Shown here: in pieces, positions 1 to 7,510 of the stretch
How positions within the stretch are numbered: position 1 is the stretch's first letter
How the letters are laid out: each line of letters opens with the position of its first letter
Assembly (NCBI GenBank): GCA_902795445.1
Contig: CADBLM010000127.1
Span: 1 to 36,191, forward strand
Reading direction: 5' to 3'
Source of the DNA: an uncultured Bacteroidia bacterium
GTDB taxonomy: Bacteria; Bacteroidota; Bacteroidia; Bacteroidales; UBA932
Length of the DNA stretch: 36,191 nt
Position numbers and translations under genes: made by a program
Notes under the pieces: model-generated
Databases searched by the model: none
Told to the model about the DNA's origin: nothing
Seen by the model: only the letters and a program-made list of their open reading frames with translations

Positions 1-58
1 AACCGACGGCAATCCGGGAAACCGGCCGCAGACAAAAAAAAGAAACAAAAGTTCGCAT
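1..58 (-). CDS. possible 5' end of the next operon gene, running off the left edge
   Basis: ATG at 58-56, 15 nt after the stop of the 74..268 ORF; frame open to the edge (MRTFVSFFCLRPVSRIAVG); no terminator seen. Too short to identify. Confidence 0.3.
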   Translation of the reverse strand, partial: MRTFVSFFCLRPVSRIAVG

Positions 59-73
59 CTTGTATATGTTTAC

Positions 74-268
74 TTACCAGAAATATTCATCTCCGCCCAA
101 GCCCCAGTTTTCGGTCGAGCTGCCGTCACCGCCCAGCACATCCTCATCGGAATCCATTGAAAGCCCTTCCGTCGTATTGCCGCTCGCGGCCAGGCAATTT
201 TCCTCGGACATCTCAAGGACATCGAACGCAGGACTTTGATAGACTGTCCATAAATCATTTTTTACCAT
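74..268 (-). CDS. small acidic peptide (64 aa), YxxP...AS...W type
   Basis: Starts 9 nt after the upstream stop and is preceded by AGGAGGT; YQSP-hydrophobic strand-CLAAS-acidic/Gly tail-terminal W; same layout as 5463..5615. Confidence 0.75.
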   Translation of the reverse strand: MVKNDLWTVYQSPAFDVLEMSEENCLAASGNTTEGLSMDSDEDVLGGDGSSTENWGLGGDEYFW

Positions 269-277
269 AACGACCTC

Positions 278-2332
278 CTAATTTTTTTGGCAACGAATGA
301 TGCAGGCACAACGGCGGTCTATGGACTGGTTGTTATAGCCGCTTCCGCCGCTTCCCTCTGTCGTCATCCAGAAACGGGGCGCGGACCGTTCCGGAGTCGT
401 ACCTTCATTGTTCTTTCCGCCAGGATAGCAAGACCAGAAATAGACATTCTTCGTTCCCCAGGACGAAGCATTGATATCGGGCTGCCTGGCATTGACCAAA
501 GGAAAGACGATCTCGGTGCCGGAAGCATCCGTAATTTTTACTACGCCGTCATTGGAAGTGAACGTGTTGGACCAGAAGGCGTATGCCGCAGCCAAAGTCG
601 GAACATGATAGCCGGGAGGACAGGGATCAAACATCGTCTTGCTGAAAGCGGCCGGTGAATACGCCGTGATATTGTTCTGGCCATAGGGGACCACATTGGC
701 GGTCGTCAGGCCGGCGCACCACCAGTCCGTATAGATGGTCCCTCCGGACGCTTCCAATTCACTTTTCTGGCCGTAAATCGTTTCCGGATGCAAAATGGCA
801 TCGGCCAGAGAACCTTGTACGGTATAGCTGTTGACAAAGGGGGAGGCCAGACTTCCATATTTCTGTTGGAACGGGTCCTTGCGTCCCCATTGGTAGTAAT
901 ACCCGTTGTAGCCCTCGCTGTTGAAAGCCTGTTGATGGGCACCCAGATTCATATTGAGGAAGGTATAGGTGCCGTCGTCATATTTGGACTTGAAAGCAAT
1001 GTCCGCAAGAGCGTCATTGTACCACAGATGCCAGGACCAGAGGGTGTTGCCGGAGGCATCCTTAAGCGACAGAAGCGAGTTGGCGGCAGAGGGGGCGTCC
1101 ACAGTCTTGAAATAGACTTTCCCGCCTGCGTAGAAAAAGCCGGAGCCGGTAAAAACCGTATCCAGCCAAGGGCTGCCGTCGGAATGGTACTGGCTGACCG
1201 AAGCACCGCCGGTAATAGTTCCGGTCAACCCGGCGGCAGTCGCACCTGTCGTCACTACCCCGTTGCCGCGCGTGGAAGCGTCGAAGCAATAATATCCGGG
1301 CGCATCGACGACATAGCAGTTGGCATTCTCCGAAGCGGACAGATCCTTGAAAGCCGGCAAGGCGAAACAGAACTGATAGTATTTACCCCGCTGGAAACTG
1401 ACGGCCTCGGGAGAGGTCTTGGACATCTTGTAACTGACAGTCCCGTTGGTGATGGTAAACTCGAAAGTCAGGTCGCCTGCCTCATAAGTTCCCGGCGCGA
1501 CAAAGGCGTAGGTATAGGCTCCTTTTTTGAAAGTCGTCGTCTTAATGTTCATGGTAACGCTCGGGCTGCCGTCTGAAACGACGCCGGTGCAAACCGGCTT
1601 GGAACCGGTAAAAGAGACGGACAGGTTGCCGGCAAGATCGCTCGAAGCCGAAGTCACTTTTACCGAAGAGCAGTAAAATCCGTCCGGAAAATCGGTCTGG
1701 AATCCGAAACGCAGCAGGGAAACGACCTGTTTGAAGTTCAAGATGCGTTCCGGACCGCATTTGGCCAGCATCAATTGGGCCGACTGATCGGCACCGGTCA
1801 TCGAGGCGCTGGTGTTCTTCTGTATGGCAGGAAGGGTCAGGGTGAAGGTCGTAGCGGAAAAACCCTGCACGGCGGAGGAGGGATAAGCGGCAAAATAGCT
1901 GCCCGTCCCCGCTTGGGAGTCTTTATCCCCGCTTTGCCAGCCGAGCGTCGCCACCGAGGTGCCGCCGCCGGAGGTCACTTTATAGACACCGCCCGAGGAA
2001 GCGTTGCGGTCATAATAGACCCGGACGAGATCGCCGTTTTTCCAAAACACCTGCGCCTTGGAGTCCGTCCAGCTCGGATAAGCCTTGCTCCCTTCGTCGA
2101 AGTCCTCCTCCGGAAAATCGGCATCGGCCGCCACCGCATCCGGTTCCGGATCGGCTACCGCCCGGAAGGTTCCGGGGGCGACGGGCTCGTCAGCGGAGGG
2201 TCCGTCGGGTACACCCGTCGGGTCAGACGCCCCGTTTTCTATACCCTCCCCTATGGCATTTTCCTTGCCGCAGGAAAAGGCGGCAAGGAAAAGCGCAAGT
2301 GACGTTATGAATAAAAATCCTTTCTTCATCAT
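278..2332 (-). CDS. fimbrillin (type V pilin)-like lipoprotein with C-terminal YQWGRKDPF/DPCPPGY tip-adhesin-like domain
   Basis: Start reassigned to MMKKGFLF (2332); lipobox AFSC; pilin-like motifs VFWKNGDLV, YFAAYP, TLPAIQ, LNFKQVVSLLRF, VAPGTY; ANCY, WSWHLW, NLGA, YYQWGRKDPF, DPCPPGYHVP and terminal IRCQK. Confidence 0.85.
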   Translation of the reverse strand: MMKKGFLFITSLALFLAAFSCGKENAIGEGIENGASDPTGVPDGPSADEPVAPGTFRAVADPEPDAVAADADFPEEDFDEGSKAYPSWTDSKAQVFWKNGDLVRVYYDRNASSGGVYKVTSGGGTSVATLGWQSGDKDSQAGTGSYFAAYPSSAVQGFSATTFTLTLPAIQKNTSASMTGADQSAQLMLAKCGPERILNFKQVVSLLRFGFQTDFPDGFYCSSVKVTSASSDLAGNLSVSFTGSKPVCTGVVSDGSPSVTMNIKTTTFKKGAYTYAFVAPGTYEAGDLTFEFTITNGTVSYKMSKTSPEAVSFQRGKYYQFCFALPAFKDLSASENANCYVVDAPGYYCFDASTRGNGVVTTGATAAGLTGTITGGASVSQYHSDGSPWLDTVFTGSGFFYAGGKVYFKTVDAPSAANSLLSLKDASGNTLWSWHLWYNDALADIAFKSKYDDGTYTFLNMNLGAHQQAFNSEGYNGYYYQWGRKDPFQQKYGSLASPFVNSYTVQGSLADAILHPETIYGQKSELEASGGTIYTDWWCAGLTTANVVPYGQNNITAYSPAAFSKTMFDPCPPGYHVPTLAAAYAFWSNTFTSNDGVVKITDASGTEIVFPLVNARQPDINASSWGTKNVYFWSCYPGGKNNEGTTPERSAPRFWMTTEGSGGSGYNNQSIDRRCACIIRCQKN

Positions 2333-2345
2333 CAATTGTTCATCA

Positions 2346-5300
2346 TCAGTCTGCAATGATATAATTGCCGGACATCGTGGGGTTGGTCTGGCTGACCGGC
2401 GAGCAATAGACCGCAATCTGGCTCTCGTCGGTCCAGTCCACCGTGCCGGCCGTACCGGTGCCGCTGCCCTTGATGCCGTTGTTCAGCAGCTGCAGGCCGG
2501 CGGCCGTATTGTGGACGAGGGCGCCGCAGGCCGCTGCCTTGACCGTGGTCAGGGTCGCGATGACCCGGCAGTTCTGGATGATGGTCGCTGCATTGTTGGC
2601 CGCCGAGCAGATACCGCCGATAACTCCGTTCTCAATATCCGCATCCAACACGCAGCCGTCGATGGTGCAGGCCGCCGTCATGCCGACGATGCCGGACACC
2701 CGCTCGGCATTCGCCGCATTGTTCTTCATATAAGCGGAATTGGTGCAGTTGGTCAGATTGGCATTGTAGGCATAACCGCAGATACCCGCGATATAGCCCC
2801 GGTAGGTGCTGTCGTAGTTGCTGTCGCCGATCCGCTGACCGTTTGTCAGGCTGTGGGTGCAGCCCGTCACCAGCGCACGGTCCGAAGCTGCCGCTCCCCG
2901 GCAGAGGCCGACGATGCCGCCGATGCAGTTGCCCTGGTTGTGGGCTCCGTTGGGATAATCGGAAGCATAGTTGGTACTGGTTATCTTGCCATAGTTGTGA
3001 CAGTCGCTGATGGTCGCGGAAGCGCCGGCCGACAGCGTCTTCAACACGGAACCGACGATGCCGCCCATAAAGAGCGTACGGGTCTTGCAATAGCCTTTTC
3101 CGCCCCAGCAGCGGGTCTCGGCCGTGTTGATGCAGCCGGAAACGGTCGCGGCTTCCGCCACGCGGCCGACGATGCCTCCTTCGTGCAGATTCTTGAAAGC
3201 GAGCGTCCCATCCCCCTTGTTGACATCCACGTGGACACGACCGGCGTTGGTCACGCGCTGTACGGAGGAGGTGGCCGCATTGGCACGGCCCACTACGCCG
3301 CCGATATTGAGCCAGCCGTAGCCGATGCACTCCTCCTGCAGATCAGCCGTAATCTGGCCGCTGTTGTGGATGGCAGAGACATTGCCCGAGAACGCGCCGC
3401 CGTCGATGCCGGCCGTAATCTGGCCGCAGATGCCGCCCACATCAATCTGGGAGGTGGAGACAGCCTTGGGGGTCTTGACCGTCACGGCGCCGCTGTTGAC
3501 GGCACTGACCATCGTACCGGCAAAGAAGGAACCGACAATGCCGCCCACCTGCATATCGTTGGCGGCGACGGTATTCTGCATAATGGGAGAGGAATTGCTG
3601 CAGTCCGTAATGACCGACGGCGAGAAGGTCTTGCCGACCAGGCCGCCCACGCAGCAGGAGTTGTGGCTGTCGTCGATGCTCATCACGTTGGCGGCCGTAT
3701 TGTGGCAATTGGTCATCGCGCCCTGGAGACGGCCGACGACGCCGCCGTAGAAGGCACGGACATACTTGATGTCCGACGTACTCTCGCAGGGGACATTGAC
3801 CGTCATATTGCGGGTCACGGTGCAGTCGGTAAAAGAGCCGGTACCCCAACCGCAGATGCCGCCGAGGCCGATGCTGAGCAGATAATCTTCCCAGAGGATG
3901 TCCCCGTTCATCTCGCAGCCGCTGACGCTGCCGATGCTCTTGCCGACGATACCGCCGAAACCGATGTACAGGTCCGTGGAAGTGGAAGAAGTGGCCGTCT
4001 GACCGGTCTGCGCGGCAAAATTGAGTGCTCCGTTCATCGTACATCCGCTGATGGAACTTGTACTTGCAAGGGCGTACCCGACGACGCCGCCGACATTCTG
4101 CGCCTTGGGCATGCACTGCCCGTCATTGACATAATTGATGTCGCCGTTCACGGTACAGCCCTGAACGGAGGTATTGCCGTCCAGGCGGCCGGCCACCATA
4201 CCGATACCGGTCTCCGAAGAAGCGGAAGACGAGTAGTACAGGGTCAGGTCGCAGTCGACGACACAATCCTCGATGACGGTATTGCCCTTGGGCACGCGGG
4301 CGATGATGCCCCAGTTGCCGCCCAGGCTGGCCGGATGGGTGATCGTGCAATCCGCGCCGAAAACCACATTTTTGATGGTCGCGTCTTCGGGAATATAAAA
4401 GAGCGCCTTGTCCGTCGTCAGGCCGCCGATGGTAAAGCCGCCGCCGTCAAAGACGCCTTTGAAGTTGTAGTTTTCATTGCCGATGGTCGTATAGCCGGCA
4501 CTTGTTTCCGCGTCATAGTTCAGGTCTGCGACGACTTTTACATTGACGTCTTCCGCGATGTTTCCCTGATTGAAAGCCGCGGCAAAGGCGTTGAGCGAAG
4601 ACGGGGTGTCGATGATGATGACGGTCGCCGTCGGTACGAATTCGATGGGCGTAGCCTTGGAGCGTATCTTTCCCCTTTCAAAAGTGACGGACGTATTGTT
4701 GACGGACTCCATCACGTGGCCGTTCTCGTCCCGGATGGTCAGGGTGAAGCCCTTGGCATAGGTACGGGCCGGAACGACGATATAGACCTCGACGGGCTCC
4801 GTCGTGGAGAGCGCCTGATCCATCGTGACGCTGACCACCTTGTCGGCGGCCGCGGTGGAAGTGCCGGGCAGCATCACGGGCATCGTATAATCGACGCCGA
4901 ACTCACCGCTCACCTGCTCTTCGTCGTTGCCTTTGAAAGCGACGCTGACAATCTTGTCGCTGTCGCCGCCGTCCGCGGCGAGCAGTTTGACCTTCAGTAT
5001 CGAGCACATATTGCTCAAGGTAAGCGTACCCGCGCTTTCGAGATAGGCGATGGCGGGAGCGACATTGTCCGCAAAAGTTCCTTCGGCCCAGGCCTGCGTC
5101 GCAGGGAGCTGCACCTTGCCGGAACTCACCCAGGCGGAAGCCGGATAAACGACCTTGTAAGGATAGGAAAGGACCTCGTTAAAGCAGAAGGTGGCGGAAG
5201 CCTGTTCCGAAGCCACCCCTTCCAGGGCGACCGAGGTCACGCCGTTGATGCAGAGCTGGTCACCATTGGACCAGTAAACCGGACGCGTTCCCTCGGAGAG

Positions 5301-5459
5301 GTCCCCGAGAGAGGTCTTGGCCTGGTTGTCTTCAAATTGGGCGGAAACATAGGTAACACCTTTTACCGCGTTGTCTGCCACATCCATCTCCTGCTTGGCA
5401 CAGGAAAAAAGGATGAGGGCAGCAAGAGAAAACACAGTTATCTTTTTCATAGTCTTCAT
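2346..5459 (-). CDS. fimbrillin-like lipoprotein with long beta-helix (GGIVG/GLUG-like) repeat region
   Basis: Lipobox LFSC; AKTSL...VYWSNGDQL, VVYP, LPATQ, IVVPARTYAKGFTLTI pilin-like domain; then many GG(I/V/L)(V/C)G and CxNxG-like repeats. Confidence 0.85.
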   Translation of the reverse strand: MKTMKKITVFSLAALILFSCAKQEMDVADNAVKGVTYVSAQFEDNQAKTSLGDLSEGTRPVYWSNGDQLCINGVTSVALEGVASEQASATFCFNEVLSYPYKVVYPASAWVSSGKVQLPATQAWAEGTFADNVAPAIAYLESAGTLTLSNMCSILKVKLLAADGGDSDKIVSVAFKGNDEEQVSGEFGVDYTMPVMLPGTSTAAADKVVSVTMDQALSTTEPVEVYIVVPARTYAKGFTLTIRDENGHVMESVNNTSVTFERGKIRSKATPIEFVPTATVIIIDTPSSLNAFAAAFNQGNIAEDVNVKVVADLNYDAETSAGYTTIGNENYNFKGVFDGGGFTIGGLTTDKALFYIPEDATIKNVVFGADCTITHPASLGGNWGIIARVPKGNTVIEDCVVDCDLTLYYSSSASSETGIGMVAGRLDGNTSVQGCTVNGDINYVNDGQCMPKAQNVGGVVGYALASTSSISGCTMNGALNFAAQTGQTATSSTSTDLYIGFGGIVGKSIGSVSGCEMNGDILWEDYLLSIGLGGICGWGTGSFTDCTVTRNMTVNVPCESTSDIKYVRAFYGGVVGRLQGAMTNCHNTAANVMSIDDSHNSCCVGGLVGKTFSPSVITDCSNSSPIMQNTVAANDMQVGGIVGSFFAGTMVSAVNSGAVTVKTPKAVSTSQIDVGGICGQITAGIDGGAFSGNVSAIHNSGQITADLQEECIGYGWLNIGGVVGRANAATSSVQRVTNAGRVHVDVNKGDGTLAFKNLHEGGIVGRVAEAATVSGCINTAETRCWGGKGYCKTRTLFMGGIVGSVLKTLSAGASATISDCHNYGKITSTNYASDYPNGAHNQGNCIGGIVGLCRGAAASDRALVTGCTHSLTNGQRIGDSNYDSTYRGYIAGICGYAYNANLTNCTNSAYMKNNAANAERVSGIVGMTAACTIDGCVLDADIENGVIGGICSAANNAATIIQNCRVIATLTTVKAAACGALVHNTAAGLQLLNNGIKGSGTGTAGTVDWTDESQIAVYCSPVSQTNPTMSGNYIIAD

Positions 5460-5462
5460 TTT

Positions 5463-5615
5463 TTAATCCCAGTCAAACTCTTCTTCCGTATAGGGTGAAA
5501 GGATTGTCCCTTTCTGTTCACTGGCACACAGCACCAGCGAACGGATGTTCACGATTGACAGGCAGGGCTTTTCATACTCCCTGCCGCCGAAATATAATAC
5601 TTTGTTTGTTTCCAT
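5463..5615 (-). CDS. small acidic peptide (50 aa), YxxP...AS...W type
   Basis: The likely true start is METNK (ATG 5615-5613), inside the 134-aa track ORF; fills the gap between two pilin genes (16 nt and 3 nt spacers); YEKP-CLSIVNI-LCAS-EEEFDWD. Confidence 0.75.
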   Translation of the reverse strand: METNKVLYFGGREYEKPCLSIVNIRSLVLCASEQKGTILSPYTEEEFDWD

Positions 5616-5631
5616 ATAATATGCGTTTAAA

Positions 5632-7509
5632 TTAGTCCTTCTTGCAACGGACGACCATACCTTCCGCGCGCTGGATATACGAGCCCGAATAGCCGACACT
5701 TCCCTTACGGGCATACCATCTGTAAACGGTCCTGTGGGATTTGTCACCGGTATTGTAAGGATTGGTACACTGGTAGAATCCACGTTCGCCGGTCGTCTGA
5801 TCCGTATCGGACTCGGCCACGCCGCCCCACCATTTCTTGGTAATGCCCGCCGCACGGCTCGACACATACGGGAAGAAGAGTTTCCCGTCGATGTAGGCCC
5901 CTTGCGTACCGGCCGACTTGGTCAGCTTGCAGAGTTCCACCACCTCGGCATAGGTCGGCACGTGATAGCCCGGAGGGCAGGGATCGAACATCGTCTTGCC
6001 GGGAGCGGCCGTCGTCTGCTGGTCAGCGGTTATATTCTTGTTCCACCAGTCGTAATATTTTTTGACGTCGTCATCGAAGGTACACCAGTCCTGGATGTTG
6101 GCGCCGCCGGTATTGTAGCTGCCGTAAAAGATATGAGGGTTCTTGATGGAGTTGGTGAGGGAACCGTCCGTCTGGGAGGCGTGGCTGACGAAAGGAGCAT
6201 CGAGGACATTGCTGACTCCGAGCACCTGCTGGAACGGGTCTTTGCGGCCCCACTGGTAATAATAGCCGTTGAAGCCCAGCGGATTGAAAGCCACCTGATG
6301 GGCGCCGAGATTCATATTGAGCCAGGTGGTGCCGTCGGACAGCGTGACGTCTTCGATGGCCGGGTTGGCCCAGAGATGCCAGGACCAAAGGGTGGTGCCG
6401 GAGGCATCATTCCCGGACAGGAGGATGGTGCCGGCGGGCAGGGTCCCGCCCTGCGTCGTGAAATAGACATAATCGTCCACCAGGGAGAAGGCGCCGCTGA
6501 GGAAGGCTTCGCCGTCCGTATAGTAGGACTTGAGGGCGCTGATGCCGGTCGTAGCGGGACTCAGGCCGCAGGAAGTGGACACGCCGTTGCCCTTGGTCGT
6601 CGCCTTGAACTTGTAGGAACCCGGCTCCGTAATCATATAGCAGTTGGCCGTTCCGGAAGCGGAGAGGTCCACATAGTTGTCAACCGCCGTGAAGCTGATG
6701 GTCTGGTATTTGGAACGCTCCACGCTGACGTCTCCTGCCTCGTGCACATATTTCAGTCCGTTGCTGAGGGTCAGGGTGACGTTCACGCCGGTATAATCAC
6801 CGGGGGCCACGACGACATACAGCGAAGTTCCGAAGGGGGCGCCGGCCGGGGCGGACAGTGTCACCGTCTTGGAACCGGTACAGTTCACGGCCGGGACACC
6901 GTCCTCGGGATAATCCACCGTAATGGCGCCGGCAAGCGGCTGGTCGGCCGACACGACGACGGACAGGATGCTCTGTCCCGCATAAAAGGTCGTAGTGGGC
7001 AGGATACGGAGCAGGGAGGCCGCATTCTTGAAAGCCAGCTGCCTGTCCGTTCCGGCCCGCGCAACCATCGGGAATACCTGGTCCGCGAAGCCTCCGTCCT
7101 TCCAGGCCTGCATCAGCGGAATGTTCGAAGAGTAGGCGCCGGCCTCATAGGAAGCGCCGGTGGCCGGATAGACGGCATAGAAGGCATCCCCGGAGAGAAC
7201 GGCCCCCGTCGTATAAAGGGAACTGCCGGTATCGCCGCCCCGCTTGATGAACATCGTGGACGACTGGGTGCCGTTGGAAACCATAATGGGGTCGTCGGTC
7301 GTCCAAAGGACCTTTCCTCCGTCCGAGAAATCCACGGAAGTTTTGGATTGGGGAGCCGCGCCGGGAAGCCAGGCGGAGAAATCGGTGTCGATTTTCACCG
7401 CTTCACCACAGACGGCCTCGCCGTCCGCCCGCTCCGCCTTGCTGCAGGAGGAGAGGAAGGAAAGCGATGCCGCGAACGCCGCGAGTAAGACAAAAGAGAT
7501 TCTTTTCAT
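5632..7509 (-). CDS. fimbrillin-like lipoprotein with YQWGRKDPF tip-adhesin-like domain, paralogue of 278..2332
   Basis: Lipobox LSSC; SKTSV..VLWTTDD, FYAVYP, FKNAASLL, VAPGDY; DLSASGTANCY, WSWHLW, YYYQWGRKDPFQQ, KTMFDPCPPGYHVPT, terminal VRCKKD. Confidence 0.87.
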   Translation of the reverse strand: MKRISFVLLAAFAASLSFLSSCSKAERADGEAVCGEAVKIDTDFSAWLPGAAPQSKTSVDFSDGGKVLWTTDDPIMVSNGTQSSTMFIKRGGDTGSSLYTTGAVLSGDAFYAVYPATGASYEAGAYSSNIPLMQAWKDGGFADQVFPMVARAGTDRQLAFKNAASLLRILPTTTFYAGQSILSVVVSADQPLAGAITVDYPEDGVPAVNCTGSKTVTLSAPAGAPFGTSLYVVVAPGDYTGVNVTLTLSNGLKYVHEAGDVSVERSKYQTISFTAVDNYVDLSASGTANCYMITEPGSYKFKATTKGNGVSTSCGLSPATTGISALKSYYTDGEAFLSGAFSLVDDYVYFTTQGGTLPAGTILLSGNDASGTTLWSWHLWANPAIEDVTLSDGTTWLNMNLGAHQVAFNPLGFNGYYYQWGRKDPFQQVLGVSNVLDAPFVSHASQTDGSLTNSIKNPHIFYGSYNTGGANIQDWCTFDDDVKKYYDWWNKNITADQQTTAAPGKTMFDPCPPGYHVPTYAEVVELCKLTKSAGTQGAYIDGKLFFPYVSSRAAGITKKWWGGVAESDTDQTTGERGFYQCTNPYNTGDKSHRTVYRWYARKGSVGYSGSYIQRAEGMVVRCKKD

Positions 7510-7510
7510 A

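Noticed and set aside
74-5615. Lasso peptide or other classical RiPP cluster
   Set aside because: YxxP is present, but there is no cyclase, leader peptidase, RRE, peptide radical SAM or transporter nearby; the only radical SAM is a typical NrdG.
278-5800. Complete diversity-generating retroelement
   Set aside because: Target-like pilin tips are present, but I saw no reverse transcriptase, accessory gene or adenine-variant template repeat in the window.
5616-5867. N-terminal 84 aa of the 134-aa track ORF
   Set aside because: It mostly overlaps the upstream pilin gene in another frame; the credible start is the ATG at 5615.
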